This document shows, in pieces, positions 9,832 through 19,318 of a DNA stretch of 64,000 bases. The notes under the pieces were generated by a model that had not been told where the DNA came from, ran no database searches, and saw only the letters and a program-made list of their open reading frames with translations. Location: contig JAZUFG010000114.1 in assembly GCA_045640565.1 (NCBI GenBank), forward strand, positions 1,846 to 65,845, given 5' to 3'. Origin of the DNA: Oscillospiraceae bacterium (GTDB taxonomy: Bacteria > Bacillota > Clostridia > Oscillospirales > Oscillospiraceae). A program made the translations under genes and the position numbers. Numbering within the stretch: the first letter of the stretch is position 1; every line of letters starts with the position of its first letter.

Positions 9832-11118
9832 TCAATTTGCATGGGGCCAAAGTTCCGTGTTCCAAAGGCGATCCGGCTTGACTTTTGCCCGTTCTTCGTC
9901 CGTGAGCAGTCCCAGCGTTTCCGGGTAATCGTCCAAAGGTGTGGCATCCAGGTGGCGCCAGCCGCTTTCTGTCTTAACCAAACACCAGTAATGAGCACCC
10001 GCCTCGTCCCAGATCATCTGGACTTCATAGCCCATATATTCCAGGACTTCATAAAGAAGGCGATTATGGGAGTAACAGTTCCCCCGCTTTCCGTCATGGG
10101 TCACCAGAACCGGATTATAGCCGCCGTAGCTTTCGCTGAAATAAACACTGTTCCGAATAATATTCTTGAGCTCTACCAGCCCCTCATCCGTAGCTTCCAC
10201 CTGAGAGGCATATTCCTCCGAAATTTCCCGGCTGGCTTCTTCCTCATACTCTTCCAAAAAACAGGTCTGTAAGGCTATTGCCGAATTCCCCGCAGAATCC
10301 TCTGCCCTGAAGACATAGAGGATCGGGCCGAGGCCATAGCTGACGATCGTCTCCGGAATGTAAAGCTCCGAACTGACCGGAAGCGCATTCCCGAAGGAAT
10401 CATATGCCGTTACATCGGAGGTGAAATCATAGTTTTCCGGGATGAATTCCTCACCGGCCGTTCCGGTGTGCCGGGTGTGAAGGCCTTCAAAGCGGATCTC
10501 TCCGCTCTTCTGCCCCTCTTCCAGGTTTTCCAAAAAGGAATCCAGCTCTTTTTCTGCCGCTTCCGTCATCTCTGCCTGCTTTTCCGGATCCAGGGCATAG
10601 ACCACATAAATCACATAACCAGAATCATCATAATAGACGGAAAGCGTAACGCCGTTTTTCGTATAAACATGGCCGCCGTAGAGCTCTTCATAAGCATCCC
10701 CGTAAAGAGCAAGAATCTCCGCTTCCGACATCCCGACACGGGCTCCCTCAATGGAATAACTGCTTTGGCCGCTTAGTTCAATTGCCGAAATATAGGGCTC
10801 CGTAATTTCTCCCGTGAGCTGGTTCTCCGCAGACACAGTCTGAACCGTAAAGCCGTCATAGCTATAGACTGTGGCGACCTGGTTTGTTCTGCAATCCGGA
10901 GTGGACATAGGAGCTTCCGTCTCTTCAAAAAAAGAAGGGTCAAAGGGATCTCCGGGGGAAAGAACAATGCCATTGCAGACAAAAAGGTATTCCTCCGGAA
11001 GCTCGGGGGCGGGAGTGGAAGCCTCCGGGACAGCCTGAGGCTCTTCCTCTGCCTCCGGAGCCTTTCCGCAGCCCACAAGCAGGCAAATCAATATGAGAAT
11101 AGGAATCAGTTTTTTCAT
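9832..11118 (-). CDS. lipoprotein with C-terminal transglutaminase-like cysteine-peptidase core
   Basis: Lipobox LLVGCGK. The C-terminal segment GNCYSH ... GAHYWCLV ... RHLDATP fits the Cys-His-Asp transglutaminase-like triad spacing. Confidence 0.7.
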   Translation of the reverse strand: MKKLIPILILICLLVGCGKAPEAEEEPQAVPEASTPAPELPEEYLFVCNGIVLSPGDPFDPSFFEETEAPMSTPDCRTNQVATVYSYDGFTVQTVSAENQLTGEITEPYISAIELSGQSSYSIEGARVGMSEAEILALYGDAYEELYGGHVYTKNGVTLSVYYDDSGYVIYVVYALDPEKQAEMTEAAEKELDSFLENLEEGQKSGEIRFEGLHTRHTGTAGEEFIPENYDFTSDVTAYDSFGNALPVSSELYIPETIVSYGLGPILYVFRAEDSAGNSAIALQTCFLEEYEEEASREISEEYASQVEATDEGLVELKNIIRNSVYFSESYGGYNPVLVTHDGKRGNCYSHNRLLYEVLEYMGYEVQMIWDEAGAHYWCLVKTESGWRHLDATPLDDYPETLGLLTDEERAKVKPDRLWNTELWPHAN

Positions 11119-11120
11119 AG

Positions 11121-12305
11121 CTATCTCTCGGTAGGCTTGACACCTGCGCCGGCAAGGACTGTGCCCAGGACGCTGGCAACAAAGCAGATGAACATTGTAA
11201 GACGCACGGATGTAATATCAAATAGTTTTCCGGAAATCACACTGCCCAAAACAACAGAAACCACGGATGAAGTAAAGGCCAGGCTTTGGGCTTTCCCGGC
11301 GTTTTTCGCCGGAATGACTTCCGAAATGTAGTCCACACTTGCTGAGACATGAAGGGCATAAGAGGGAATCTGAAGGCTCACTGCAAAATAAAGCTGCGGA
11401 ACAGTTCTTGCAATAGCCACAAAAAATGCCCTTACGGAAAAGAATAAAAATGAAAAGCGAAGAAGCTTCGAAGCCTTCCACTTTCTTCTTAAGAGAAAAT
11501 ATGCACAAAGGACCGGAATCTCAATGGCAGCGGTATAGCCCGTCAGGACACCCATGGTCGCCGTATCGCCGCCCACATTCCGAACAATATTGATCGTGAA
11601 CTTTGAATAGGTCTCATAGGCGAAGAAAATGAAAATGCTACCCAAAAGGAGGAGGGCAAAACGGGGCTCATTCCGGAGGAAGGTAATGAGAGAATCCCCT
11701 TTTTCTTCCTTTCTCGCCGTTTTCTCCCGCATCTCGCAGTTTTTCAGCTGCCTTCCGATCACCCAGTTTGCCAGCATCTGAAGAAGGATAAAGGCAAGCA
11801 GAAAATAGGGCAGATATACAGGCGATATTTTTGTAAAGAGCCAGCCCAGAAAGACCGTCGGCAGAATGTAGCCAAAGGAACCGAAGGACCTGCCGACCCC
11901 GAAATTCATTCCGATTTCCGCCCGATCCGAATCGCTGCAAAAACGAAGAATCACAGAATACACAGCTACTTCCAATGTAATCAAAACTGTGTAGATCACG
12001 GCAGTGATCAGGTCATGCTCTGCGTGGATAAAAAGGACCCCCACAAGAAGCAATTCCAAAATAAGAACAGGAAGAATCAATCCTGCGGTGGGCTTGGAGG
12101 GATGCCCGTCCAAATAGGAGGCAAGAACCGGACCAAGGAAGGCAGCACAAACATTTCCCAGAGCCATAACGATCCCGAAGGTAAAATTGTCAAAGCCCAG
12201 TTCCTGCAGATAGATCACCGCATAGCTGCAGATCCCGCAGTAGGCAATCCAATAGGCAAGCTGAACAAAGGAAAAAGACGCTGTAAGGGAGCGGTGATGA
12301 TTCAT
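11121..12305 (-). CDS. MFS transporter
   Basis: 394 aa with about 12 hydrophobic segments and a central basic loop (KNCEMREKTARKEEKG). The stop is 2 nt before the downstream lipoprotein ATG. Confidence 0.8.
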   Translation of the reverse strand: MNHHRSLTASFSFVQLAYWIAYCGICSYAVIYLQELGFDNFTFGIVMALGNVCAAFLGPVLASYLDGHPSKPTAGLILPVLILELLLVGVLFIHAEHDLITAVIYTVLITLEVAVYSVILRFCSDSDRAEIGMNFGVGRSFGSFGYILPTVFLGWLFTKISPVYLPYFLLAFILLQMLANWVIGRQLKNCEMREKTARKEEKGDSLITFLRNEPRFALLLLGSIFIFFAYETYSKFTINIVRNVGGDTATMGVLTGYTAAIEIPVLCAYFLLRRKWKASKLLRFSFLFFSVRAFFVAIARTVPQLYFAVSLQIPSYALHVSASVDYISEVIPAKNAGKAQSLAFTSSVVSVVLGSVISGKLFDITSVRLTMFICFVASVLGTVLAGAGVKPTER

Positions 12306-12349
12306 GGCTTGTGACCTCGCAAAGAGCAGGATAAAAGCGCTGCCGCATT

Positions 12350-12378
12350 ATTGTATTCATGAAAGCCTGAGTTGTCAA
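12350..12378 (-). promoter_or_regulatory. sigma-A type promoter for the MFS/lipoprotein operon
   Basis: On the minus strand: TTGACA (12373-12378), 17-nt spacer, TACAAT (12350-12355). Confidence 0.5.
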
Positions 12379-12379
12379 C

Positions 12380-12412
12380 GAAAAAGAACAGGCAGCGGGA
12401 AAACTGCCTGCT
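12380..12412 (-). terminator. rho-independent terminator
   Basis: Minus-strand stem AGCAGGCAG/CTGCCTGTT followed by CTTTTTCG, downstream of the 189-aa membrane protein. Confidence 0.5.
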
Positions 12413-12434
12413 CAAAAAGAAAAGGAGATAAAGT

Positions 12435-13004
12435 TTATTTGGAGCCGCGGGAGGCTTTATCTTCATATTTGGCGTAGATCATGAAGCACATGATCAAAAC
12501 CAGAGCAACGGAAGTCAAGGAACGAATCAGGCAAACGGTTCCCAATTCCGTGCCGCCCCGACGCAGGCCGGGATTCTGAAGGAAAACGGAAATTGCGGAA
12601 ATAATCTTACATACAAGGATAATGCCCGCAAGGATATTGGTGTTTCTTCTGCCAAAATTTTCCGCAACGGAAAGGATGCAGAGGAGGCCGAAAGAAACCA
12701 TGGCAGGAAGGATCTCCGCAACATTGACTACATTTCCTTTGGCCATGAGGACCATGGAATAGAGCTCCGCAACCGTCAGGGAAATCACATAATCCCGGAA
12801 AAAGCGGGCAGCGTCCTTCTTGCAGCCGTCGATCAAATAGACAAAGGCATTCAAAACCGCGCAAAGGGTGACTACCTCACCCAGACGGTAACCCCAGTTA
12901 ATGGCATCCGAGGAGGAGAAAAGAATCCTGGCATTGGCATAAATTGCAAGGCCGAGAAGTATCATTTCACCAATCAAAATGGGAAAATACTTTTTATTGG
13001 ACAT
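12435..13004 (-). CDS. integral membrane protein, unknown function
   Basis: 189 aa with about 6 hydrophobic helices. I recognise no motif. Confidence 0.6.
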   Translation of the reverse strand: MSNKKYFPILIGEMILLGLAIYANARILFSSSDAINWGYRLGEVVTLCAVLNAFVYLIDGCKKDAARFFRDYVISLTVAELYSMVLMAKGNVVNVAEILPAMVSFGLLCILSVAENFGRRNTNILAGIILVCKIISAISVFLQNPGLRRGGTELGTVCLIRSLTSVALVLIMCFMIYAKYEDKASRGSK

Positions 13005-13072
13005 AGAAGAAACCCCTTTCCGACTTTCTCACGGAAATTATAACGCAATCAAATAGAAAAGTCTATCAAAAA

Positions 13073-14038
13073 TTAAGGATTTACCAGATTTTTCGGATTT
13101 CCTTCCAAGAAAGAACGAATATTTTCCGCTGATACTTCCAAAAGCTTTTTGCGGCATTTTTCCGAAGCCCAGGCAATGTGGGGCGTCAGAATACAATTCG
13201 GCGCATGAAGAAGCGGATTATCGGCGGCAATAGGTTCTGAAGAAACCACATCTGCGGCATATCCGGCCAACTCTCCGCGAATCAAAGCATCTGCGACATC
13301 CTGCTCGTTAACCACGGGACCTCTGCCGGTATTGATCAAAAACGCCGTTTTTTTCATTTTCAGGAGGTTTTCCGCCCGCAGAAGATTCCTGGTTTCCGGA
13401 AGAAGGGGGCAATTCACAGAAACCGCATCCGATTCCTTCAGGAGGGTATCCAAATCTGCATATTCGGCTATTTTCTCCCCTTCCGGCGTTTTTCGGCTTC
13501 CTGCTGCCAGAACCCGCATTCCCATTGCCCGAGCGATCATCCCCAGGCGTTTCCCTATTTTCCCGAAACCGATAATACCGAGGGTCTTTTCATGGAGGTC
13601 CACCAAAGGATGCACCGTATAGCTGAAATCCGGGCACTTTTCCCAATCCCCTGCAAAAACGGAATCACTGTGGGCACCCACATGAAAGCACAGCTCCAGG
13701 AGCAAGGCCATGGAAAACTGCGCAACGGACTCCGTGGCATAACCCGGAACATTGGTAACCATAATGCCCCGCTCCTTTGCGGCGGCAATATCCACGATAT
13801 TATAGCCTGTGGCCAAAACGCTGATCAGGCCGAGATTTTTGCAGGACTCCAGCACCCGCGCAGAAAGGGGCGTCTTATTGGTCAAAACGACCTTTGCATC
13901 CCCGATCCTTCGGATGATTTCGTCTTCATCCGCCAAAGGAGAACGATCGTAAACCTGCAGCTCTCCAAATTCCTTCAAAAGATCCCAGTCAAGATCACCG
14001 GGATTTGCGCAATATGCATCCAAAATAACTATTTTCAC
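13073..14038 (-). CDS. D-isomer-specific 2-hydroxyacid dehydrogenase (glycerate dehydrogenase-like)
   Basis: NAD fold GIIGFGKIGKRLG. Catalytic region NTGRGPVV ... DV...EP ... LTPHIAWAS. GTG start with GGAGG 9 nt upstream. Confidence 0.85.
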   Translation of the reverse strand: MKIVILDAYCANPGDLDWDLLKEFGELQVYDRSPLADEDEIIRRIGDAKVVLTNKTPLSARVLESCKNLGLISVLATGYNIVDIAAAKERGIMVTNVPGYATESVAQFSMALLLELCFHVGAHSDSVFAGDWEKCPDFSYTVHPLVDLHEKTLGIIGFGKIGKRLGMIARAMGMRVLAAGSRKTPEGEKIAEYADLDTLLKESDAVSVNCPLLPETRNLLRAENLLKMKKTAFLINTGRGPVVNEQDVADALIRGELAGYAADVVSSEPIAADNPLLHAPNCILTPHIAWASEKCRKKLLEVSAENIRSFLEGNPKNLVNP

Positions 14039-14113
14039 AGGAAAATACCTCCGGGGAATTGTAGTTTCTTTCTTTATATGCTATGATGTCAAAAACAGGA
14101 AAGGAGAATATCC

Positions 14114-14332
14114 ATGGAAGTGAAATTTCGCAAAAGCGTCGGCGGCTTCAAGCCCCAGGATGTCATGAACTATCTTCACCAATCCAAAGAAAAGCAGCAG
14201 AACGAGGTCATTCTTCTTCAGAAGGAAAATGAGGACCTGAAAAAGGAATTGGCGGAGCTGAAGGCTCAACTTGCCGAAGCCCTGGCTGAAGAAAGCAAAA
14301 AACTTCAGTCCCTGGCAGATTCTCTGAACTGA
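14114..14332 (+). CDS. small DivIVA-domain-like coiled-coil protein
   Basis: SD AAAGGAGAA. The N-terminus FRKSVGGFKPQDVMNYL resembles the DivIVA signature. The remainder is a heptad-rich coiled coil. Confidence 0.5.
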   Translation: MEVKFRKSVGGFKPQDVMNYLHQSKEKQQNEVILLQKENEDLKKELAELKAQLAEALAEESKKLQSLADSLN

Positions 14333-14348
14333 TCCAGAAAGCGGTCAA

Positions 14349-14378
14349 GAAAAAACGCAGCGAAGGCTGCGTTTTTTC
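14349..14378. terminator. bidirectional rho-independent terminator
   Basis: AAAAAA-CGCAGC-GAAG-GCTGCG-TTTTTT between the small + ORF and rpoD. Confidence 0.7.
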
Positions 14379-14386
14379 TATCTCTA

Positions 14387-15517
14387 TCAGCAATAAAAAT
14401 CTCTGATTTTCTTGGCACGGGAGGGGTGACGGAGTTTGCGGATGGCCTTATTTTCGATCTGGCGAATTCTCTCACGGGTCACGCCGAAAATCTGGCCCAC
14501 CTCTTCCAGAGTATGGGTCCTGCCATCATACATACCGAAACGCATGCGAAGAACATCCGCTTCCCTCTCTGTCAGAGTGCCGAGAATTTCCGTTAATGCT
14601 TCAGCCAAAAGGGTGTTAGAGGTAACATCCGCAGGCCCCGGCTGCTTATCATCTTCCACGAAGGAACCAATGGTGGTATCCTCTTCATCACCCACGGGAG
14701 TATCCAGAGAAAGGGTGTCCGCAGCCGTGCGGTTCGCCTCAATGATCTTTTCAATGGGCAGATTCAGTTCTGCCGCAATCTCCTCCATGGTGGGTTCACG
14801 GCCCAACTCCTGGACAAGCTTCCGGTTGCAGCGGGTCGCTTTATTGATGACTTCCACCATATGAACAGGAACGCGGATCGTTCTTGCCTGGTCTGCAATC
14901 GCTCTCGTAATAGCCTGGCGGATCCACCAGGTTGCATAGGTGGAGAACTTATTTCCCTTGGTCCAATCAAACTTATCTACCGCGCGAATCAAACCCGTGT
15001 TGCCTTCCTGAATCAGATCCAGAATATGCAGGCCGCGACCGGCATATTTCTTGGCAATGGAAACCACGAGGCGAAGGTTGGCTTCCGTCAATTTATCCTT
15101 GGCAGCCTTGTCCCCTTCTGATACCCGCTTGGCAAGCTCGATTTCTTCATCGGCAGTCAACAAACGAACCTGGCCAATTTCTTTCAGATACATGCGGACG
15201 GGATCATCCAGGCTGTATTCCGCAGCCAATTCTACAGGATCGATCAGCTCTTCCTCGGATTCGCCCTCATCCTTCAGAAGGATCTCATCATCCAGGTCCA
15301 GATCCAGTTCCAATTCAGGGCTGACTACGGCAATCCCCATAGCCTCAATGGCATCATAAATCTGCTCGATCTTTTCCGTGGAAAGCTCCAGCTTTTCCAG
15401 CTCCGCAGTCAACTCAACTGCATTGATCGTGCCGTCCTTCTGGGCTTTGGCTACCAACCCACTGATAGGAGCAAGGATCTCCTGGTTTTTCAAGTTTTCG
15501 GAATTATTGTCTGGCAT
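14387..15517 (-). CDS. rpoD: RNA polymerase primary sigma factor
   Basis: Regions 1.2 through 4.2 are recognisable: [67 protein letters not shown]. Confidence 0.95.
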   Translation of the reverse strand: MPDNNSENLKNQEILAPISGLVAKAQKDGTINAVELTAELEKLELSTEKIEQIYDAIEAMGIAVVSPELELDLDLDDEILLKDEGESEEELIDPVELAAEYSLDDPVRMYLKEIGQVRLLTADEEIELAKRVSEGDKAAKDKLTEANLRLVVSIAKKYAGRGLHILDLIQEGNTGLIRAVDKFDWTKGNKFSTYATWWIRQAITRAIADQARTIRVPVHMVEVINKATRCNRKLVQELGREPTMEEIAAELNLPIEKIIEANRTAADTLSLDTPVGDEEDTTIGSFVEDDKQPGPADVTSNTLLAEALTEILGTLTEREADVLRMRFGMYDGRTHTLEEVGQIFGVTRERIRQIENKAIRKLRHPSRAKKIRDFYC

Positions 15518-15619
15518 AAAGACGCTTCCTTACAATAAATTCGTTCGGCAGGATCTGAAAGGCACATCACAAAAGCGGCTGAAAAAGCCATTTGCCCATA
15601 GTCCCACTTATACGCTTTT

Positions 15620-15628
15620 ATTATATCA
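15620..15628 (-). promoter_or_regulatory. extended -10 promoter element upstream of rpoD
   Basis: Minus strand reads TGATATAAT (TGnTATAAT), about 100 nt upstream of the rpoD ATG and just downstream of the preceding terminator. Confidence 0.4.
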
Positions 15629-15674
15629 CATTTTGTCAAGTATGACAGAAGGTAAGTTCGTAATCTTCAAAAGC

Positions 15675-15710
15675 CGCAAAAATTGAGCTTCCCCAAAAAC
15701 GGGGAAGCTC
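15675..15710 (-). terminator. rho-independent terminator
   Basis: 10-bp stem GAGCTTCCCC/GGGGAAGCTC followed by AATTTTTG on the minus strand. Confidence 0.7.
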
Positions 15711-15724
15711 AGAAAATCCGAAGG

Positions 15725-16846
15725 TTATCTGGTGGACTCTACCTCTGCGATGGCATTGATATTCGCATACTCTGTGGCATTGAGCTTGGTATAATCAAAA
15801 TCCGCTGCGCTGACCGTGCCGGAATACCAGGACTGGGACTCGAAATACTCCTTCAGCGTGGCATTGGTAAAGATATAACCGTGGCGGGCAAAAATCTCAT
15901 TTCTGGCTATCATGAGGTCAAAATTGCTGAATTTCTGCAGTTCCGCCTTGGAATAGGTCTTGGAGGAGCTATCCGCCAAAACATAGCTGTTGGAGCCTTT
16001 GGAGGCCGTATCCGGACCGGGAGTCACATGTTCGCCGCCCTCTTCGGGAGCATTCGGATCCTTGACCGTGACCTTCGTCTGGGCCGTAAGCTTCTGACCG
16101 TCGGAGAGGGTTACCGTCAGGGTAACCGTGGCCTCGCCGGCTTTTCTGCCCCAGGCTCTGCAAAGGCCATTCACCTCTTCGGTGGTCACGATAGAGGTAT
16201 CCGAGGACTTCCACTCCGTAGACTTTACCGTAACGCCGGAGGCAAGCTTTTCATTGATGGTATATTCAATCTCACGGTAATGCTCAATTGTGGCGACGGT
16301 TTCTTTCTTATCCACGGAAAGAGTATACTTTCCGGAAGGCGTTACAGGCTCGGTTTCCCCTTCCTGCTTTTTCTCTTCCTCGCCTTTTTTCTTTTCTTCT
16401 TCGGCCTTTTTCTTTTCTTCCTCGGCCTTCTTCTTTTCTTCCTCAGCCTTTTTCTTCTCTTCTTCGGCCTTTTTCTTCTCTTCCTCAGCCTTGGCCTCTT
16501 CTGCCTGCTTGGCCTCTTCCTCAGCCTTGGCCTTTTCTTCTTCCTGCTTCTTGATTTCCTCTTCTGTGGGCTCTTCCTTCTTATTGATGATCTCTTCTGC
16601 TTTCTTATTGATCTCATCCGAAACATTGGAAGAGGAAAGCAGCTTGACAACCTTCACGACACCGACACCCACGGCAAAAATCAGGACAACTGTCAGAATC
16701 GTCAAAAGTACGGTCATCAAGGTACGGCGAGCCTTTCCTTTCTTGGAGGCTCTTGAGTCCGTTGTCGTTTTTTTCAGTTTTGCGCCGCAATACTTACAAG
16801 ACGCAGAATTATCCGGAATTTCCTTTCCGCAAATCTTACATTTCAT
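15725..16846 (-). CDS. zinc-ribbon / TM / EK-repeat / Ig-like / YARHG-domain protein
   Basis: N-terminal CKICG..CKYCG zinc ribbon. One TM helix. KKKAEEE repeats. A Big_2-like segment (TVKSTEWKSSDTSIVT...GEATVTLTVTL). C-terminal IARNEIFARHGYIF is a YARHG domain. Confidence 0.8.
   Translation of the reverse strand: MKCKICGKEIPDNSASCKYCGAKLKKTTTDSRASKKGKARRTLMTVLLTILTVVLIFAVGVGVVKVVKLLSSSNVSDEINKKAEEIINKKEEPTEEEIKKQEEEKAKAEEEAKQAEEAKAEEEKKKAEEEKKKAEEEKKKAEEEKKKAEEEKKKGEEEKKQEGETEPVTPSGKYTLSVDKKETVATIEHYREIEYTINEKLASGVTVKSTEWKSSDTSIVTTEEVNGLCRAWGRKAGEATVTLTVTLSDGQKLTAQTKVTVKDPNAPEEGGEHVTPGPDTASKGSNSYVLADSSSKTYSKAELQKFSNFDLMIARNEIFARHGYIFTNATLKEYFESQSWYSGTVSAADFDYTKLNATEYANINAIAEVESTR
16370..16500 (-). 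repeat. in-frame 21-bp tandem coding repeat (KKKAEEE x about 6)
   Basis: Plus strand shows repeated CTTCGGCCTTTTTCTTTTCTT-type 21-mers. Boundaries are approximate. Confidence 0.8.
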
Positions 16847-16979
16847 GAATTTTCCTCCTATTGAGAACGGGTGAACAGGAACACGCTGCGGGAATAAAGC
16901 GAAATACGCCCTACTCTGCGGAGTTTATTATAACGAATCTTTTTCTTTTCGTCAATCCCATGAAAAATGCATCAGGCAG

Positions 16980-17008
16980 TTGAAGAAAGGCCTGCTTTCG
17001 TATATAAT
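16980..17008 (+). promoter_or_regulatory. sigma-A type promoter
   Basis: TTGAAG (16980-16985), 17-nt spacer, TATAAT (17003-17008), upstream of the methyltransferase operon. Confidence 0.55.
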
Positions 17009-17055
17009 AGTTAGGATTAAATGCAAACGGAATCTTTCCGAAAGTCGGTGAATAG

Positions 17056-18192
17056 ATGAACAAAATAACCTATTGCGTCCCCTGCCTTTTCGGTCTGGAG
17101 GGACTTGTCGCCCAGGAGCTTAAACGCCTGAATATGGAAGATGTCCGCGCAGAGGACCGCAGAGTCTTCTTCAGCGGAAGTGAAAAAGAAATCCCCCGGG
17201 CAAACCTGAACCTGCGCATGGGCGAACGGGTCATGATCCGCCTCAGCGAATTTGAAGCCCGCTCCTTTGAAGAGCTCTTTCAAGGAGTCAAAGCCATTCC
17301 TTTGGAGGAATTCATTCCCGCCGACGGCGCTTTCCCCGTAAAGGGTTATAGCCTGAACAGCCAGCTCCATTCTGTTCCGGACTGTCAGGCAATCGTGAAA
17401 AAAGCTGCTGCCACCCGTCTAAGCAGCGTTTACGGTATCAGCTGGCTGCCGGAAAGCGGAGCCCTCTATCAGCTCCACTTCTCTATCATGAAAGATAAGG
17501 TAGAGGTCTTTCTGGACTCTTCCGGAGAGGGCCTTCACAAACGGGGCTATCGCGCCGTTGCCAACTTGGCCCCTCTCCACGAAACCATGGCTGCTGCCAT
17601 GGTGGAGCTCAGCAAATACCGGGGGAAGGAATTCTTCTGGGATCCCTTCTGCGGCAGCGGCACGATCTGCATTGAAGCCGCTCTCATGGCCCTCAACCGG
17701 GCTCCCGGCTTAGGCAGAGGCTTTTCCGCGGAAAAGTGGGCCTTTCTGAGCAAAGAATCCTGGCAGGAGGCCAGAACAGAGGCCTTAGACAAGGAATTCC
17801 GGGGAAATTATCGGATCCTCGGAACGGATATTGATCCCAGCAGCCTTGAAATTGCCCGGAGCAATGCCAAAAAGGCGGGCGTGGACAGGCTGATCAGCTT
17901 CCGGGAGGGCGATGCCTGCAAGCTGGAGCTTCCGAATCCGGACGGCGTCATCGTGACCAATCCCCCCTATGGGGAGAGGATGCTGGAGCAGCGGGAGGCC
18001 CAAGGGCTTTACCGTTCCTTTGGGCGGCATATCCGCTATGCAGACGGCTGGAAAGTCACCCTGATCTCCTCCGAGCCGGAATTTGAGCACTATTTCGGCA
18101 AGCAGGCCGATAAAAAGCGTAAGCTTTATAACGGACGCCTGCAGTGTTATGTCTATCTATACAGCGCAAAGCGCTTTGACGGGAGAAAATGA
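17056..18192 (+). CDS. THUMP-domain class I SAM-dependent RNA methyltransferase (RlmL/YpsC-like)
   Basis: N-terminal ferredoxin-like/THUMP part. MTase motif I DPFCGSGTI and motif IV NPPYGER. Confidence 0.85.
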   Translation: MNKITYCVPCLFGLEGLVAQELKRLNMEDVRAEDRRVFFSGSEKEIPRANLNLRMGERVMIRLSEFEARSFEELFQGVKAIPLEEFIPADGAFPVKGYSLNSQLHSVPDCQAIVKKAAATRLSSVYGISWLPESGALYQLHFSIMKDKVEVFLDSSGEGLHKRGYRAVANLAPLHETMAAAMVELSKYRGKEFFWDPFCGSGTICIEAALMALNRAPGLGRGFSAEKWAFLSKESWQEARTEALDKEFRGNYRILGTDIDPSSLEIARSNAKKAGVDRLISFREGDACKLELPNPDGVIVTNPPYGERMLEQREAQGLYRSFGRHIRYADGWKVTLISSEPEFEHYFGKQADKKRKLYNGRLQCYVYLYSAKRFDGRK

Positions 18193-18193
18193 C

Positions 18194-18481
18194 ATGGAAC
18201 ACTACAAATTCTTCCAGAACCGGGAATGTGAATACTTCCCCTGCCACAAAAACGCGGACCCGGACCATTTTAACTGTCTCTTTTGCTACTGTCCCCTTTA
18301 TGCTTTAGGGGAGCGCTGCGGGGGCGCCTTTCGCTATACGGAAGAAGGAACAAAAGATTGCAGTTCCTGCCTGATCCCCCATAAAGCGGAAAACTATGAG
18401 AAAATTACCGGCCGCTTTCAGGAGATCAGCGCGCTCTGCAAAAAAGAGCCTGCTCCCACAGAAAAAGGGAGTGTGAAATGA
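18194..18481 (+). CDS. cysteine-rich small domain protein
   Basis: ECEYFPCH ... NCLFCYCPLY ... CGG ... CSSC pattern in 95 aa. The ATG is 1 nt after the upstream stop. The track start at 18083 lies inside the methyltransferase. Confidence 0.65.
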   Translation: MEHYKFFQNRECEYFPCHKNADPDHFNCLFCYCPLYALGERCGGAFRYTEEGTKDCSSCLIPHKAENYEKITGRFQEISALCKKEPAPTEKGSVK

Positions 18482-19311
18482 TACAGGATCTTGCACCCAG
18501 CTCGTTTTCAAATGCTTTTGAGCTGCACCTGCCGGAAAAGGGGGAGCCTTTGCTTCTCTACCGGGGCAAGGAAGCGATTCTCTCCCTCCGGGACGGAGAG
18601 ATAGTCCTTCCCAGACTGGGAGACTATCCCGGGATCCGGGCGGAGGATTGCCGCTTTGCTTTTCGGATTGACGGGAAAGCTTACGCTCTCTCTTTGATTC
18701 CCCCCGAAGAAATCCCAGAGGGTTATAGCCTTTATCCCTCCTCGGAATACCGGCATTTTGCCCCCAGAAAGGAGCTATTTGCCTGTGCCGCCGGCCACAG
18801 CCTTTTCCGCTGGTACCGGGAAAACCGCTATTGCGGATCCTGCGGAGCGAAGCTTCAGGACGCGCCCCGGGAGCGAGCGTTGGTCTGTCCTTCCTGCGGC
18901 AGCATTCGTTATCCGAAAATCTGCCCCGCGGTCATTGTTGCCCTGCGGGACGGGGAAAAGCTCCTGGTCACCCGCTACAAAGACCGGCCTTTCAAAGGGC
19001 TCGCTCTGGTGGCGGGATTTGCCGAAATCGGCGAAAGCATAGAAGATACCGTCCGCAGGGAGGTTTGGGAGGAAACCGGGCTCAGGGTGAAAAACCTCAG
19101 CTTCTACAAGTCCCAGCCCTGGGTCATTACGGATTCCCTGCTATTCGGTTTCTTCTGCGATCTTGAAGGAACAAGCGAGATCCGCCTGGAGGAGGACGAA
19201 CTCAGCTATGGCGAATGGATGGACCGCAGGGATCTTCCCCCGGATGAAAGCCATGTGAGCCTGACTGCTGAAATGATGGAGTGTTTCCGCCGGGGGCAAG
19301 ACAGAAAGTGA
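18478..19311 (+). CDS. nudC: NAD+ diphosphatase / NAD-cap hydrolase, Nudix family
   Basis: Zinc ribbon CGSCG..x..CPSCG. Nudix box GFAEIGESIEDTVRREVWEETGL. An SQPW motif downstream. ATGA overlap with the upstream gene. Confidence 0.85.
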   Translation: MIQDLAPSSFSNAFELHLPEKGEPLLLYRGKEAILSLRDGEIVLPRLGDYPGIRAEDCRFAFRIDGKAYALSLIPPEEIPEGYSLYPSSEYRHFAPRKELFACAAGHSLFRWYRENRYCGSCGAKLQDAPRERALVCPSCGSIRYPKICPAVIVALRDGEKLLVTRYKDRPFKGLALVAGFAEIGESIEDTVRREVWEETGLRVKNLSFYKSQPWVITDSLLFGFFCDLEGTSEIRLEEDELSYGEWMDRRDLPPDESHVSLTAEMMECFRRGQDRK

Positions 19312-19318
19312 GATTATC

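Noticed and set aside
16290-16874. 194-aa plus-strand ORF rich in FFFSSSA repeats.
   Set aside because: It is the antisense reading of the KKKAEEE repeat of the YARHG protein. It has no independent start signals.
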